Of a DNA stretch of 64,000 bases, positions 12,185 to 25,614 are shown piece by piece; the first letter of the stretch is position 1; the number at the start of each line of letters is the position of its first letter. Source of the stretch: Octopus bimaculoides. Its lineage: Eukaryota. The position numbers and the translations under genes were made by a program. A model generated the notes under the pieces. That model was given only the letters and a program-made list of their open reading frames with translations. It did no database searches and was not told the origin of the DNA. The stretch lies in assembly GCF_001194135.2 (NCBI RefSeq), contig NC_069001.1:21808223-21872222 (forward strand), read 5' to 3'.

Positions 12185-12720
12185 TTATTATTCAGTTTCA
12201 TTTTAAGATTTCTAGCCAATAGAAAAAGAGGCAGTTTCTAACCAAGATCCAAGGCTCCTTCATTGAAATTTCAACAACATTAACAAGATAATTTTGTATA
12301 TATGCATATGTGCAGATTTCTGTTTTGTTTTATGCATGTATTCTCATGCATATTGTTGCATGTCTAAACATACTCATATCTACTTAAATATTAAACTTCT
12401 GGAAAGTTTACAGATTTTTACAGTTTCAGTGGTTTTAAGAAGCTTAATTTCTCAAGATTGGTATTTAAGCGGTGTTTTACATATCTCGGGACTCCAGTAA
12501 TTATAGGTGTAAACCTGAACTTGTTACCTGAATAGAACAGCTGTAGTTTCCTCAATAGTTCAGCGTGAGTATTTTCTATTTCGCTGGTCTTTAGCTTTAT
12601 GTTCACATCCCTTGGGCAGATGTTTTCCACAAGCGTACACAATTTCTCTTCTCTATCCCAATTTACTTCGTCAGGTCTATTGTGATTACATTTTGGATTG
12701 CAAACGTATACCCTTCAAAG
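12185..12720 (-). mobile_element. Second copy of the (CATA)n-tailed REL LINE family
   Basis: KCNHNRPDEVNWDREEKLCTLVENICPRDVNIKLK...FRFTPIITG aligns with the 9084-9518 protein. It shares a 3' motif (gagc...atct...gttagaaac) and ends in (CATA)n at 12161-12184. Confidence 0.8.
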
Positions 12721-13114
12721 TAGGAGTTGTATGTATGCATATGTATACATAAATTCATCTGTTTAAATTTGAATAAATACATACATATATAAATAGCCAC
12801 TTTATTTCATATTTTCATTATTGTTTCTTCTTCCTTTCTTTTTCCCTTTTTGTCTCTACAGCTCATTTTCTCCTTTTCCCCTGATGTTGTTTTTCTTCAT
12901 TTTGCTGTTCTGTTGTACCTAAGGCTTGTTCTGGTTTTGGAAATAATATTATTAAAGTTCCTCCATAATGTAATTTTTACATTAGATATGATTTTATTAT
13001 AATTACATAAATATAACTGTTGATGTGATATTTTGGAAGGATTAATGAAACAGCTGTAGAAAAGGAATAATCGAAATATCACTGATGTTGCCTTTGTTAT
13101 TCTTTTAAATGTGC

Positions 13115-13154
<40 letters not shown>

Positions 13155-13535
13155 NNNNNNNNNNNNNNNNNNNNNNNNNNNNNNNNNNNNNNNNNNNNNN
13201 NNNNNNNNNNNNNNNNNNNNNNNNNNNNNNNNNNNNNNNNNNNNNNNNNNNNNNNNNNNNNNNNNNNNNNNNNNNNNNNNNNNNNNNNNNNNNNNNNNNN
13301 NNNNNNNNNNNNNNNNNNNNNNNNNNNNNNNNNNNNNNNNNNNNNNNNNNNNNNNNNNNNNNNNNNNNNNNNNNNNNNNNNNNNNNNNNNNNNNNNNNNN
13401 NNNNNNNNNNNNNNNNNNNNNNNNNNNNNNNNNNNNNNNNNNNNNNNNNNNNNNNNNNNNNNNNNNNNNNNNNNNNNNNNNNNNNNNNNNNNNNNNNNNN
13501 NNNNNNNNNNNNNNNNNNNNNNNNNNNNNNNNNNN

Positions 13536-13574
<39 letters not shown>

Positions 13575-13579
13575 CATAT

Positions 13580-13621
<42 letters not shown>

Positions 13622-14043
13622 ATTCCCACACTCACACGCACACACACACATATATACATGCATGCGAGTGCATAAATACAGATATATATGTGTGTGTTTG
13701 TGTGTAATTGCAAAATTGTGCAGCGAATATTTTTGTAACATTGGGAAAACTTCATTCTCTACATAATTAAATCAAAATTAGCATTTAATTATCTAATTAT
13801 ATTCTTAATATAATATCAATTACATGTAATTTTGATCAATATTTTCTTCAAAAGAACAAAAGTGAATATACAATTACTATTGTATCAATGAAGTATATCA
13901 AAATTGCCTTTTACTAAAATGTTCATAATCGTATTATAAACTGATTATGTATGTTTTCTTTTATTAAATCAGTGTCGCTCATTTGAGATTGTTGCTTGTG
14001 CGTATAGTTGGAGAATCAGATGAATAATTGTCATTTTTACAGC

Positions 14044-14160
14044 AAACGTATCTCGAATCAACGAAATGTATCTCGAATCCACAAAACGTATGTCATATCA
14101 ACGAAACGTATTTGGGATCAAGAAAACTTGTCATGAATCGAAAAAATCTCTGTCAAACAA
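14044..14160. repeat. 20-bp-period minisatellite, 5-6 degenerate copies
   Basis: Units aaacgtatctcgaatcaacg, aaatgtatctcgaatccaca, aaacgtatgtcatatcaacg, aaacgtatttgggatcaaga, aaacttgtcatgaatcgaaa. Confidence 0.75.
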
Positions 14161-14949
14161 TGTCAGTTTCTGTAACCATTTACGAGGGTTTCGAAATACA
14201 TTCATTTTGTTTTTATATAAATTCCTGGTAGAACATTTGTGATTCTCAAATTATTCATCGCACGAATGAGTTGGACTATTTAAATGAGTATTTAATCTGG
14301 ATATTTGTACGATATCTTTTATCCACTCACAATCCACTCACACAGATTGGGTCGGCTCCAGGCGTTGTATAAGACACTTTCCTAAAGTTCCACGCAGTGG
14401 GACAAAATCCGGAACCACGTGGTTGTAAAGTAAGCTTCTTACAACGTTTTGTTTGAGGATCAGCTTACAAAACAGAAAATAAATTCAAAAAAGATTTCTG
14501 AAGTTTGTTTTGATATACTGAGTTCAGATATGGAGCACAATTCTAGAATTAAGGCATAACTGTGAACAATAGCGTATGTGATCGATTGTGCTGATTTCGC
14601 TTCACAGCAACACTATTAAATGTTACGTTTTTCATGTAGAATTATGATAAAATTTCCAAAAGAGTGTAAACAAATTCAAATGAACGCAACAGGAAACCGT
14701 GAAGGTGAACAGATGTAACTACGTAAATTAATAAAATCAAAAATATGTACAAGAATAAAGGAATAACAAAAACATTAGTTCAAAATGTAAACGTTGTAAA
14801 TAATGATCAGCAATCGTTCAAATGAGAAAATGGAAACATGGATGTGAAAGAAATCAAAAACAGGTATTAAACTGAAGTGTGACAATATTTATTACATTTT
14901 CGAAATATTTGTAGATACCAGCTAAACTTTCAAACCTCCTTCTCTGTAT

Positions 14950-15162
14950 GAGAGAACACACACACACACAAACACAAACACACACACACACACACACGCG
15001 CACACGCACACATACATGCACATACATACACACACTCATACACACACTCGCGCAAGCTCACACACGCATATATGTATATATGAATATGTATATGTATATA
15101 TATGTATATATATATGTATATATATATGCATATATATATACGTATATATATATTTGTGTGTG

Positions 15163-15195
<33 letters not shown>

Positions 15196-15275
15196 GTATA
15201 TATATGTATATATATATGTGTATATATATATATATGTATCTATATATATATATATATACATATATATATACATAC

Positions 15276-15347
<72 letters not shown>

Positions 15348-15350
15348 CAT
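14950..15350. repeat. Compound (CA)n/(TA)n/(TATG)n microsatellite
   Basis: Read directly. It is representative of many similar tracts (e.g. 7995-8430, 13115-13700, 16710-16930, 18020-18420, 45820-45940). Confidence 0.95.
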
Positions 15351-16739
15351 ATATCTTATATTACAGTAAAATCAGCACAAGCAGCGTTTAGGCATAAGCG
15401 AACTTTATGTTAGTTAAGATATGTTTGTAACATATCTCAATAGCTAAAGGCAAATTCAATGCAGTTACTGTGGATAAAATTTCTCCATTTATAGTAAGAA
15501 AGTTGAGTAAACCCTATATATGTCCAGTATTGCTCTCATTGATACTTCCATGGATACCGGCTAAGGAGCTATAAACATCGACGTCAAGGAATCCGACAGG
15601 TGGTAACACTTGACAGATAATGTGCTTTACACAATTTTACCGTAAGAAAGAATTTCTCTCCCAGTAACTGCAGCGAATTATTTCTTCAACAGTTCAAATA
15701 TGTCACAAACATATGTCGCACATGCACACATGCATACATACATTCATACATACATACATACATACATACATACATACATACATAAGTTTATCATTTACAT
15801 ATATATGAGCATTTCTAGATATGCAACTATATGCATGAGAAAACATACATATAAAGCACATATATATAGTATCGTTAGCAGACCAGTTGATACTGTGTCA
15901 TGATCTGATATCGTTTCTTGACTGGTATATGTTGCCAAACTGTCCTATAGTTTGGCGCCAAGACTGAAATTCATTTTGACATACTGGTAAGAGCACGTTT
16001 GTTGGTGTGCGATGAATTTTTTTTATAAGCATGAGAAGAATCGGTGATAAATATGATGATATGTGCATTTATATTTAGCACATTCTTGCACACAAAAACC
16101 TGGTTGAGAAATATTGGTCCATGACCTTTTTCTGCAAAGCATAGAGCGAAACAGTAAGTCATGTTTCGACGTTGTTTTGACACTTCACGATTTATGTTTG
16201 CTTATTTATTTGTGAAAGTGTGTATGGATGTATGTTTAGAATCCTCGCTTCTTAAAGGCCTAATTAAAATACATTTACATAACTAATACTTTTTTTTAGA
16301 AAATTGTTATATGAGATATGTGAACCGATCTGTCATTTGTCGTATGTTTAATGAAATTAATTCAGAGCATAAATGTTGCCTGTGTCCATTTACATGTATG
16401 CGAGGTTCTTTGTGTACGAAGCGTGTTTTAACTCAATTATTCATAAGGACTATACCAGAAAAAAATGAAAATAAAGTTGCAAGAAATTTAATTAACTAAA
16501 CGATATAATACTAATGCTTGATTGCCGGCACGAAGCTGATTACATAGTAAATAAAAAAAAAGCATTTAAAAGGAAATTCATTAACAAACAAAAGAAATAA
16601 GAAAACAACGATGAGCATTTTATCACTTATTGAACACTCCAGACGGGTCCGACACGTCATCAACATTCTGCATTAGGGATACACAGCTACTTGGACGATA
16701 TTTATACTGCACACACACACACACACACACATACACACA

Positions 16740-16777
<38 letters not shown>

Positions 16778-16866
16778 CACACGCGCACAAACACGCACAA
16801 AACACACAAATAAATATACACATATATAGTTATATGTTGCCTTTTTTGGCCAAGTTTATGGTATTT

Positions 16867-16903
<37 letters not shown>

Positions 16904-16959
16904 ATATATATACATACATACATATATATTTGTAAGTATAAATATACATATATTCTTTT

Positions 16960-17161
16960 TATTCGTTTCTTTTATCTGTTTTAGTCATTTGACTTTAGTC
17001 GAACAAATCGACTCCAGGACTTATATTTTGCAATCCTAGACTTATTGTATCGGTCCTTTTGCGTGAACTGCTAAGTTACGTGGTCGTAAACACACCAGCA
17101 TCGGTTGTAACGCGATGATTGGAAGACAAACACAGACGCACAAACACACACACACACACTC

Positions 17162-17218
<57 letters not shown>

Positions 17219-17330
17219 CATATAGGACTGGCTTCTTTCAGTTTCCGTCTACCAAATCCACTCACAAGGCTTTTGTCGGGCCGAGGCTATAGTAGTTGAT
17301 ACTATACCCAGAACAATATGGTTGGTAAGC
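16960..17330 (+). mobile_element. SINE family A
   Basis: Same body and tail as 2950-3390 (aaacacaccagcatcggttgt...ttctttcagtttccgtctaccaaatccactcacaagg). Confidence 0.85.
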
Positions 17331-17339
17331 GACCTATTT

Positions 17340-17755
17340 TATTTCATTTAATTGGCTATAAAAGCCGTACATAGAGGTAGTAGCTGCGGGCTGGACAAAA
17401 CACAAGATGAATGAATGATAAATGCAAATAGTTAAATTGGTAAGGCAAAGCAAGCAACGCCCGCCGATCGCTGCTGCCCGAAAACATTGTTCTTTTCTTT
17501 TTTAACAAATTGAGGTTATAAACCTCTTACTTTAATTCAATTGGACCCAAGGTCCTTACATAATAACATCATTTTCGAGACGAAATCGGGTGATTTCTAC
17601 CAACGAGGTATTGAAAATCTTGTTGAACGTTGGGAAGAATTTGTAAACAACAAGGGTGAATACATTATTGATTAATTAGCTGTTATTTTTTTTATTAAGC
17701 ATTTAAAAAAAAATCAAATTTAAAAAAAGGCGGGATCTTAGTTACCAATTTAATA
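17340..17755 (+). mobile_element. Mariner-type DNA transposon, 3' remnant
   Basis: 17574-17675 encodes FETKSGDFYQRGIENLVERWEEFVNNKGEYIID*, matching the mariner C-terminal FY..GI..L..RW....NGEY motif. It ends in the mariner-like TIR ...accaatttaa|TA. Confidence 0.85.
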
Positions 17756-18011
17756 TATGAATACTTGGAAAAATATTATAATATATGAAAAATATTAAAA
17801 TATACGAAAAATATTAAAATATTAAAATACTAAAAACATATGAATATTTGGTAATCATGAAAGGAAAATAGGTATTATAGACTTTCATTAAAAACTTTCA
17901 TAAAAAAAAAACTGTAGGGTTTATTATATGCATACACTTATATCACTAAATGTATATAGGTAAATACTTATAAATACGAACAAATATATGTGCTTTCACA
18001 GATTTCTGACG

Positions 18012-18048
<37 letters not shown>

Positions 18049-19185
18049 GCACACAAATACTCACACACACTCACACAAACATTAAATCCGCCTTTACACA
18101 TACATGTATATATATATATACATATATATACATATATACACATACATATATATATATATATTTATATACACACATTACATCCGTATATATACGTACTTTT
18201 ATATCCACGCCCAATACACACAGACGTAGTTATGCATATATACACATACATACTAACACTTATACATATATATATACACACATATACATACAAACACATA
18301 AATATATACACATAAAATTTCAAAAATAAACATATTCATGCATATATATATACACACACACATACACTCACACCCACATACCCATAACACAAATCACACA
18401 TATATATATATACCTACAAGCATACATACATATAAGTCTGCACACACATGTACACACCTATATGTATAAGTATGAATATCATTATGCATATGAATATGAA
18501 TAAACACTTACAAATAGGGATTCAGTTATTTAGGGTGCAATACGCAGGAGACGACTTGTAGAATAAATAAGTTTAAAGTTAATCGCAATTATAGAGAAAC
18601 GAAGAGTGTTCAGGTAAGGATAGAGATAGAGATTGAAGGAAAATAATAAACATATGTGATATTATAAATGAATACAGTTATAAAGTTAATTGGAATTATA
18701 GAATAAGAGTATTCATCTTAGGATGGAGATAAAAGGAATGTAATTGTATGTGGGGTAATTTGCCATAGGAGTTATAGGAATACCCCTACATGTATAAATA
18801 TCAATAAGTATATGAATATACACTCTCAAATAAATTCTTAGAAATATATGGCGTAATACCCTGGGGAGGACTGGTATAATAAACATATATGGTATTTAAA
18901 ATAGATAAAGTTACATTGCACATATAAATGGATAAGTAAAGGAAGAAAATAATATCATCTGTGGTAATTTGCTATAATAATTGTAGGGGTATAATACAGA
19001 CAATAATGCTTATGGGTTTATATGATTACCATTCCGAAAATAAGATTATGGTGTATGTGACTAGAGACAAATAAATGGGATCGATTTAGATGTACTAGAA
19101 ATATTTAATCCGGCAAAGATGTAGAAAGATTTACACTGGGGGATCAAGTCCCAACAAAGTGATATTTTCAATGGAAGCACTAATA

Positions 19186-20200
19186 CTAATAATAATTATT
19201 AATAATAATTAGCGAAAGTGTATTTAGTTTTATGAAGGCAGAAAACACTTTTTCTTTTTTACTGTTAAGTAGATGAAGGTTAGCCTTCAACACAAAGAAA
19301 ATTTCGCTTATACATAAATAACATTTCTTATTCCTTAAATTATATGCAAGAGCTAAGTCTAGAATTTTCCAATCGAGGTCATAACTAATTTTCTTATCCT
19401 GAAGTTCCCATATATATCTACTTAAACCAGTGGAATTGCTCTTATTTCTGTTCCTAAAAGTATACAAATGGTAAGTCAATCTGCGTTTCATAGGGTTTTG
19501 GGTAGTCCCCACATAAATTATTTTACTCGATTGAGTAGATATAATACATTAGTAAACTACCTCTTTTCCAGTGCAATTGTTATTAAAAGCACAATTATTA
19601 CTATTTCTACAATCACAAAGTTTATATTGTTGTGTGGGGTTTACACTGGTTTGGTTAATGTGTATAGTAGAGGTAGCATATGGGGAAGTAGAGTTGTTAT
19701 CGTTATTTCTGATGCGATTATTAGTGTTAATATTACTGTTATTTCTAATATTATTATTTTTTCTATTGGAGTAAGAAGCATCATGTTTTTTTTATTATTC
19801 ATGGAAGAGAAGACAGTAGTTAGGTTATGCGTCAGGCTATAACCTATTCCTATTGTTTTACTATTAATAAGTTCCCAGTTTCATTTCCTTTAATAAAGTG
19901 TTTGTTAATTAGTTTTAAAATGGGTTTGACGAAGTTATTTTTGATTTGTATAGCGTATGGTATTATTAGCCAGAGAGTATCATTAATCGGTCCGCATAAT
20001 TACGATTAATATTTGTTGGTCTTTTGCTTTTATTTGAACAATGATTTTTATTGACGTTATAGTTGTATTATGCACATCAATAATTATGTCTATATTATTA
20101 TCATTAGTGGAGCTAACGACAGGTATCTGTTTAAGATTTCTTGCAGTATTTATTTTATCATTATTACATCTGTGCGTACTTCTAGGATTTTAAAATTTGT
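19186..20200 (-). mobile_element. Penelope-like element (Neptune-type), linker + GIY-YIG endonuclease, decayed
   Basis: KLINKHF, then CDCRNSNNCAFNNNC..KEVVY*C...IIYVGTTQN..KRRL.YH..TF...STGLSRYIWEL...W.IL...KKCYLC.SE...LLN: the zinc linker, GIY-YIG and CxLC pattern. Confidence 0.88.
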
Positions 20201-21029
20201 AAACACCGATTGACATCGGCAGCTGAAACGGCCGTAAGAAATGTTATGTAATATTATGTTATGTTTATATTAAAAAATAATTAACCGATGTTGGTCAATT
20301 TGTTTGCTTGTTAATCAAAATTTTCCCCGTTTTCTGCTTATTTAAATTTGATTCCTGATAAACTTTTGTTTATTCAGTTTTTTTACCTGTACCCCATGAC
20401 CATAGTGTGCTTGCATACCCATACCCAGGAATAGTATAGGATGAGTAAATGATACCGCTAGTAAGAACGGATATTCTTATCCCTTAGTCGATTATCCCAA
20501 CCGCTAACTCTGCTTACCTATATATATATGCACACGATGTACTCTCCCGTCGTTAGACGACGTATCAAGTATCGACAATTTCTTATCGAACAACCACACA
20601 AATGATTTGTTTATAGTGATCAAATGTTTGTGTAGACATAAACTCACTCCATCCATTAGATGGACATTACCTGTACAGGTGCCTCTTGGAAGAGGCAATT
20701 ATAGACCCAAGTTTAGTGGCAAGGCGCACGAGATTTTAATCGAAGCTTTATTGAAGATAGGTCAATATTTATGGTGCAGTGGAAAACTAAAGTTTAGGAT
20801 TCTGAAGAGTATCTTGGGTGAAGACTTAACCCGGCGATAGAATAGTGGCAAACCATAAGATCTCCTGCTTCCTGCTCTTGGAGGGCTTAGAACGCGGTGA
20901 GGTGATGAGTAGGCTACCCTGGAGAAACTATACTGGTAGCCTTACATGCCGTACATGTTTTTAGTCTAGTATTAGGAATATATTAAAATTTTTATATATA
21001 TATATATATATACTACGGCATTCTGTCGG

Positions 21030-21286
21030 TTACGACGACACGGGTTCCAGTTGATCCAATCAACGGAACAGCCTGCTCGTGAAATTAACATGCAACTGGC
21101 TGAGCACTTCACAGTCACGTGTATCATTAACGGGGAGATTCCGCGTGGCACAGAGTACCCCCGCTGCCGGAGACTCGTGAAGCTCGAAGTGTTTTGGCTC
21201 AATAAACACTCACAACGTCCGGTCTGGGAATCGAAATCGCGATCCTACGACCGCGACTCCGCTGCCCTAACCACTGGGCTATTGCG

Positions 21287-21290
<4 letters not shown>
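21030..21290 (-). mobile_element. tRNA-derived SINE (family C)
   Basis: Reverse complement begins gaggcgcaatagcccagtggttagggcagcgg...gatttcgattcccagacc (A box, B-box-like), followed by a non-tRNA body. Confidence 0.8.
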
Positions 21291-21340
<50 letters not shown>

Positions 21341-22059
21341 TTATATACATGTATATGCGTGCATACACACACAAACATATCTATATACGTACATATATAT
21401 ACACANNNNNNNNNNNNNNNNNNNNNNNNNNNNNNNNNNNNNNNNNNNNNNNNNNNNNNNNNNNNNNNNNNNNNNNNNNNNNNNNNNNNNNNNNNNNNNN
21501 NNNNNNNNNNNNNNNNNNNNNNNNNNNNNNNNNNNNNNNNNNNNNNNNNNNNNNNNNNNNNNNNNNNNNNNNNNNNNNNNNNNNNNNNNNNNNNNNNNNN
21601 NNNNNNNNNNNNNNNNNNNNNNNNNNNNNNNNNNNNNNNNNNNNNNNNNNNNNNNNNNNNNNNNNNNNNNNNNNNNNNNNNNNNNNNNNNNNNNNNNNNN
21701 NNNNNNNNNNNNNNNNNNNNNNNNNNNNNNNNNNNNNNNNNNNNNNNNNNNNNNNNNNNNNNNNNNNNNNNNNNNNNNNNNNNNNNNNNNNNNNNNNNNN
21801 NNNNNNNNNNNNNNNNNNNNNNNNNNNNNNNNNNNNNNNNNNNNNNNNNNNNNNNNNNNNNNNNNNNNNNNNNNNNNNNNNNNNNNNNNNNNNNNNNNNN
21901 NNNNNNNNNNNNNNNNNNNNNNNNNNNNNNNNNNNNNNNNNNNNNNNNNNNNNNNNNNNNNNNNNNNNNNNNNNNNNNNNNNNNNNNNNNNNNNNNNNNN
22001 NNNNNNNNNNNNNNNNNNNNNNNNGGGTTGCTTGAAGCTAACTTTCTACCTACACTGTG

Positions 22060-22395
22060 AAGGCGCATAGCTGAGTGGTTAAAGCGTCGAGCCTACGATC
22101 GCGAGGTTGCGAGTTCGAATCCTGGACCGGGCTGCATATTGTGTTCTTGAGCAAGACACTTTATTCACGTTACTCCAGTTCACTCAGCTGTAGAAATGAG
22201 TTACGACGTGACAGGTGTCAAGCTGTATCAGCCGTTGCCTTTCCATTGGATAACACAGGTGGCGTAGAGAGGGGAGGCTGGTATGCATGGGCGACTGCTG
22301 GTCTTCCATAAATAACCTTGCCCGGACTTGCGCCTCGGAGGGTAACTTTCTAGGTGCAATCCCATGGTCAGTCATGACCGAAGGGGATCTCAACC
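22060..22395 (+). mobile_element. tRNA-derived SINE with conserved central domain
   Basis: A box tagctgagtgg and B box gagttcgaatcc, then tgtgttcttgagcaagacacttta...ctccagttcactcagctgtag, which resembles the central domains of V-/Meta-type SINEs. Confidence 0.8.
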
Positions 22396-22866
22396 TACAC
22401 CTCGATTCCTAGGTCTTATATTTGACCTCAACCAAACGATGACTAAATAAAGGGGTTATATTTACTGCAAAATACAAACCAGAACTTAACACGAATATAT
22501 AATGGACTTCACAAATAAAAAACAACCTGATAAAGGAAAAAAGATTTACCTCCCCTTTAGCTAAGAAATATATCCACTGATTATCCCTTTAGCTAAAAAA
22601 CACTATATTCACTGATTATCCCCCTTAAAATATACTCTCCTATATAACCGCAAAACTGTATCATACCTGCTTCTACGCAAGATTAAATGAAATATCTTTT
22701 ATGATTTCATAACATTGAGTCATCATTAGCAAAACCGGTCCACTCTGTACATATTGCAATGGATTAAATAAACTTTATCTACACAAACAAGAGTCCTGTG
22801 CTTTTTCACATTAAACTTTATTTATATACCACCACGTGGAATCTTCCTCCGAAGTTTTCACCTACA

Positions 22867-22905
<39 letters not shown>

Positions 22906-23515
22906 NNNNNNNNNNNNNNNNNNNNNNNNNNNNNNNNNNNNNNNNNNNNNNNNNNNNNNNNNNNNNNNNNNNNNNNNNNNNNNNNNNNNNNNNNNNNNNN
23001 NNNNNNNNNNNNNNNNNNNNNNNNNNNNNNNNNNNNNNNNNNNNNNNNNNNNNNNNNNNNNNNNNNNNNNNNNNNNNNNNNNNNNNNNNNNNNNNNNNNN
23101 NNNNNNNNNNNNNNNNNNNNNNNNNNNNNNNNNNNNNNNNNNNNNNNNNNNNNNNNNNNNNNNNNNNNNNNNNNNNNNNNNNNNNNTATATATGTATATG
23201 TGTGTGTGTATATATATGTACACACACACACACAGACATGTATATATAGGTGAAAAATTTGGAGGGAGATTGCACTTGGTGCTAGGTATAAAATAAGATT
23301 TAAGGTGAAGGAGCACAGAAATGTAGTTAGTGTAGATAATGTATATATGCATACATATATATGCATACATATATATGCATACATATATACATACTTATAC
23401 ATCCTCTTAATAACGCGCGCGAAGCCAAATTGTGTTTATTTGATTCAGTACCTTTCTATCAGTTTGTTTTGAATTCTTGTTGTAGCGACTCATAATGCTT
23501 TACTCTGGATGAATA

Positions 23516-23516
<1 letters not shown>

Positions 23517-23605
<89 letters not shown>
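23517..23605. repeat. (TATC)n microsatellite
   Basis: Read directly. A second long (TATC)n lies at 37872-38030. Confidence 0.95.
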
Positions 23606-23606
<1 letters not shown>

Positions 23607-23706
23607 ATATATATATGGGAGAATATACAAATAATAACAACAGACGAGGACAGGTGGTGTAAATAACAAAAGGTTATATTAGTATGACGCTCGGGAATAC
23701 GGAAAG

Positions 23707-23743
23707 TCTTTGACGTTTCGAGCTACGCTCTTCAACAGAAAGA
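23707..23743 (-). ncRNA. Minimal type I hammerhead-like motif in a PLE terminal-repeat remnant
   Basis: tcttt CTGTTGA A gagc-gta-gctc GAAAC GTC aaaga: stem I tcttt/aaaga, stem II gagc/gctc, GUC triplet. The core has A6>U. Confidence 0.7.
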
Positions 23744-23804
23744 ATACGGAGACAAGGAGAAAAACACGGAGAAAAAAAATTGAATAGTGTTCAGTCAACG
23801 GTCA

Positions 23805-23882
<78 letters not shown>

Positions 23883-24372
23883 GTGTAAATATATGTGTGT
23901 GTATGGGTATGTGAGTAGATATATGTACATATTATACATATATATGTATACATGCACATATATATTTCTATGTCTATATATCATAAAATGGAAAAAATTT
24001 TTTTTCGAATTTTAAACGTTGTATGCGAATAGAGTCACATATATATGTGCAGAGGGATAAACGTATATATATGTGTATACACACACAAACACACACACAC
24101 ACACACTCCCTCATTTTCTCCCCATTCCTCACCCTCTTTTACTATCCTATATCTCTCTCTCCACCCCTACACATTCAATAATACTATCTAAAGAGACGAA
24201 TCCCCTCAAAATAATCTAAATCTACTAGAATAGATGCAAGCCCTAATATATGATTTATAAAAAAAACATGTGACATATTAATAAAAATCTGTAAATGTAC
24301 AACCATCCAGATCTCTGAGTACCTTATTTTTTCTAATATATAATACCTGTACATCACCTCCAAACCTTCTAA

Positions 24373-24457
<85 letters not shown>

Positions 24458-24753
24458 CCACTCACAAGTTTATTGTCGACCCGAGGCTGTAGTCAAAGAC
24501 ACTTGCTCAATTTGCTACGGAGTGAAATTGAACCTGGAACTCCTTACCTCACAGCCACGCCTACGTGTGTGTGTGTGTGTGAGTGAAAGAGAGAGAACGA
24601 GATAGAGACAGGGATAGATAGATAGAATGAGAGAGAAAGAGAGAAAAGAGAAAGAGCGAGACAGAAAAGAGAAATGATTTGTTTCACCCGTAACGAGACA
24701 GAGGCAGGAATAGTGGTAGTGAAATGAGGAAGATATTTAACGCCAGACAAATG

Positions 24754-24790
<37 letters not shown>

Positions 24791-25577
24791 ATTACTGTTT
24801 AAGTAGGATAAACTTGATAAACTGTTAGTGGGAGAGGTGAGGGAAGGTGTTTGTATCTGTGTCGATATTTATGTATGTTTACGTATATATTCTAAATTAA
24901 ATTAACGAAACTATATTACACAAAGCTAATCGTTTAATTAAATCATACAATGCTTGCCATTATCTTCAGGAAAAAATATACTTACATTTCGGAGATATTT
25001 GTACACCATAAAAGGCAAAGTTGACCTCGGAGTAATTTGACCTCAGAAGGTAGTGACGAACGAAATGCTGCTAAGCACTTTGCCCGGCGTGCTAAGGATT
25101 CTGCTACCTCACAGCCTACACGCACATAAGTGACATTAATTTCTAATTTTAGCACAAGTCCAGCATCTTCGGAGGAGGGTATACGTCGATTACATCCACC
25201 CAAGTGTTCAACTGGTATTTACTTTATCGATTTCGATAGGATGAAAGGCAAAGCTGACCTTGGCGAAATTTGAACTCAGAACGTAAAGAGGTATGCGATG
25301 CCGCTAAGCACCCCCCCTCCGCCGTACTAACGATTCCACCAGCTCGTCCACTTCACTCATATATGTGATGCTGACTTAAAATTTTTGCCGAAGGCAAACA
25401 CGATGTAGTTCACTTGACTTACTCCTTCCCCTGAAATTGCAAGCCTCGTGTCAAAATTTGAAATCTGTATAAGCAGATATAACTGTTGATTGGTTGGCTT
25501 TTTTTGCAGTTACGCTTTATATCGTACTGACATATATATATGTGTGTGCGTGTGTGTATACTTTATTTAAAAGCAGC

Positions 25578-25613
<36 letters not shown>

Positions 25614-25614
25614 T

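Noticed and set aside
14044-14160. CRISPR array
   Set aside because: No alternation of constant repeats and unique spacers, no cas genes, eukaryotic context.
15440-15540. C2H2 zinc-finger-like words (QCSYCG, KPYICP)
   Set aside because: Different frames, stops, no paired histidines; probably chance.
16079-16153. Host exon bounded by tttag and gtaagt
   Set aside because: Stops occur in all three frames and there is no recognisable protein.
20560-20960. GC-richer segment suggesting a LINE fragment
   Set aside because: No diagnostic motif in any frame, so left unassigned. The same applies to 5050-5340, 11750-12110, 36820-37270, 37660-37870 and 46880-47270.
22062-22135. tRNA gene
   Set aside because: A and B boxes are present but there is no proper acceptor stem, and it continues into a SINE body. 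The same applies to 21215-21290 and 34581-34640.
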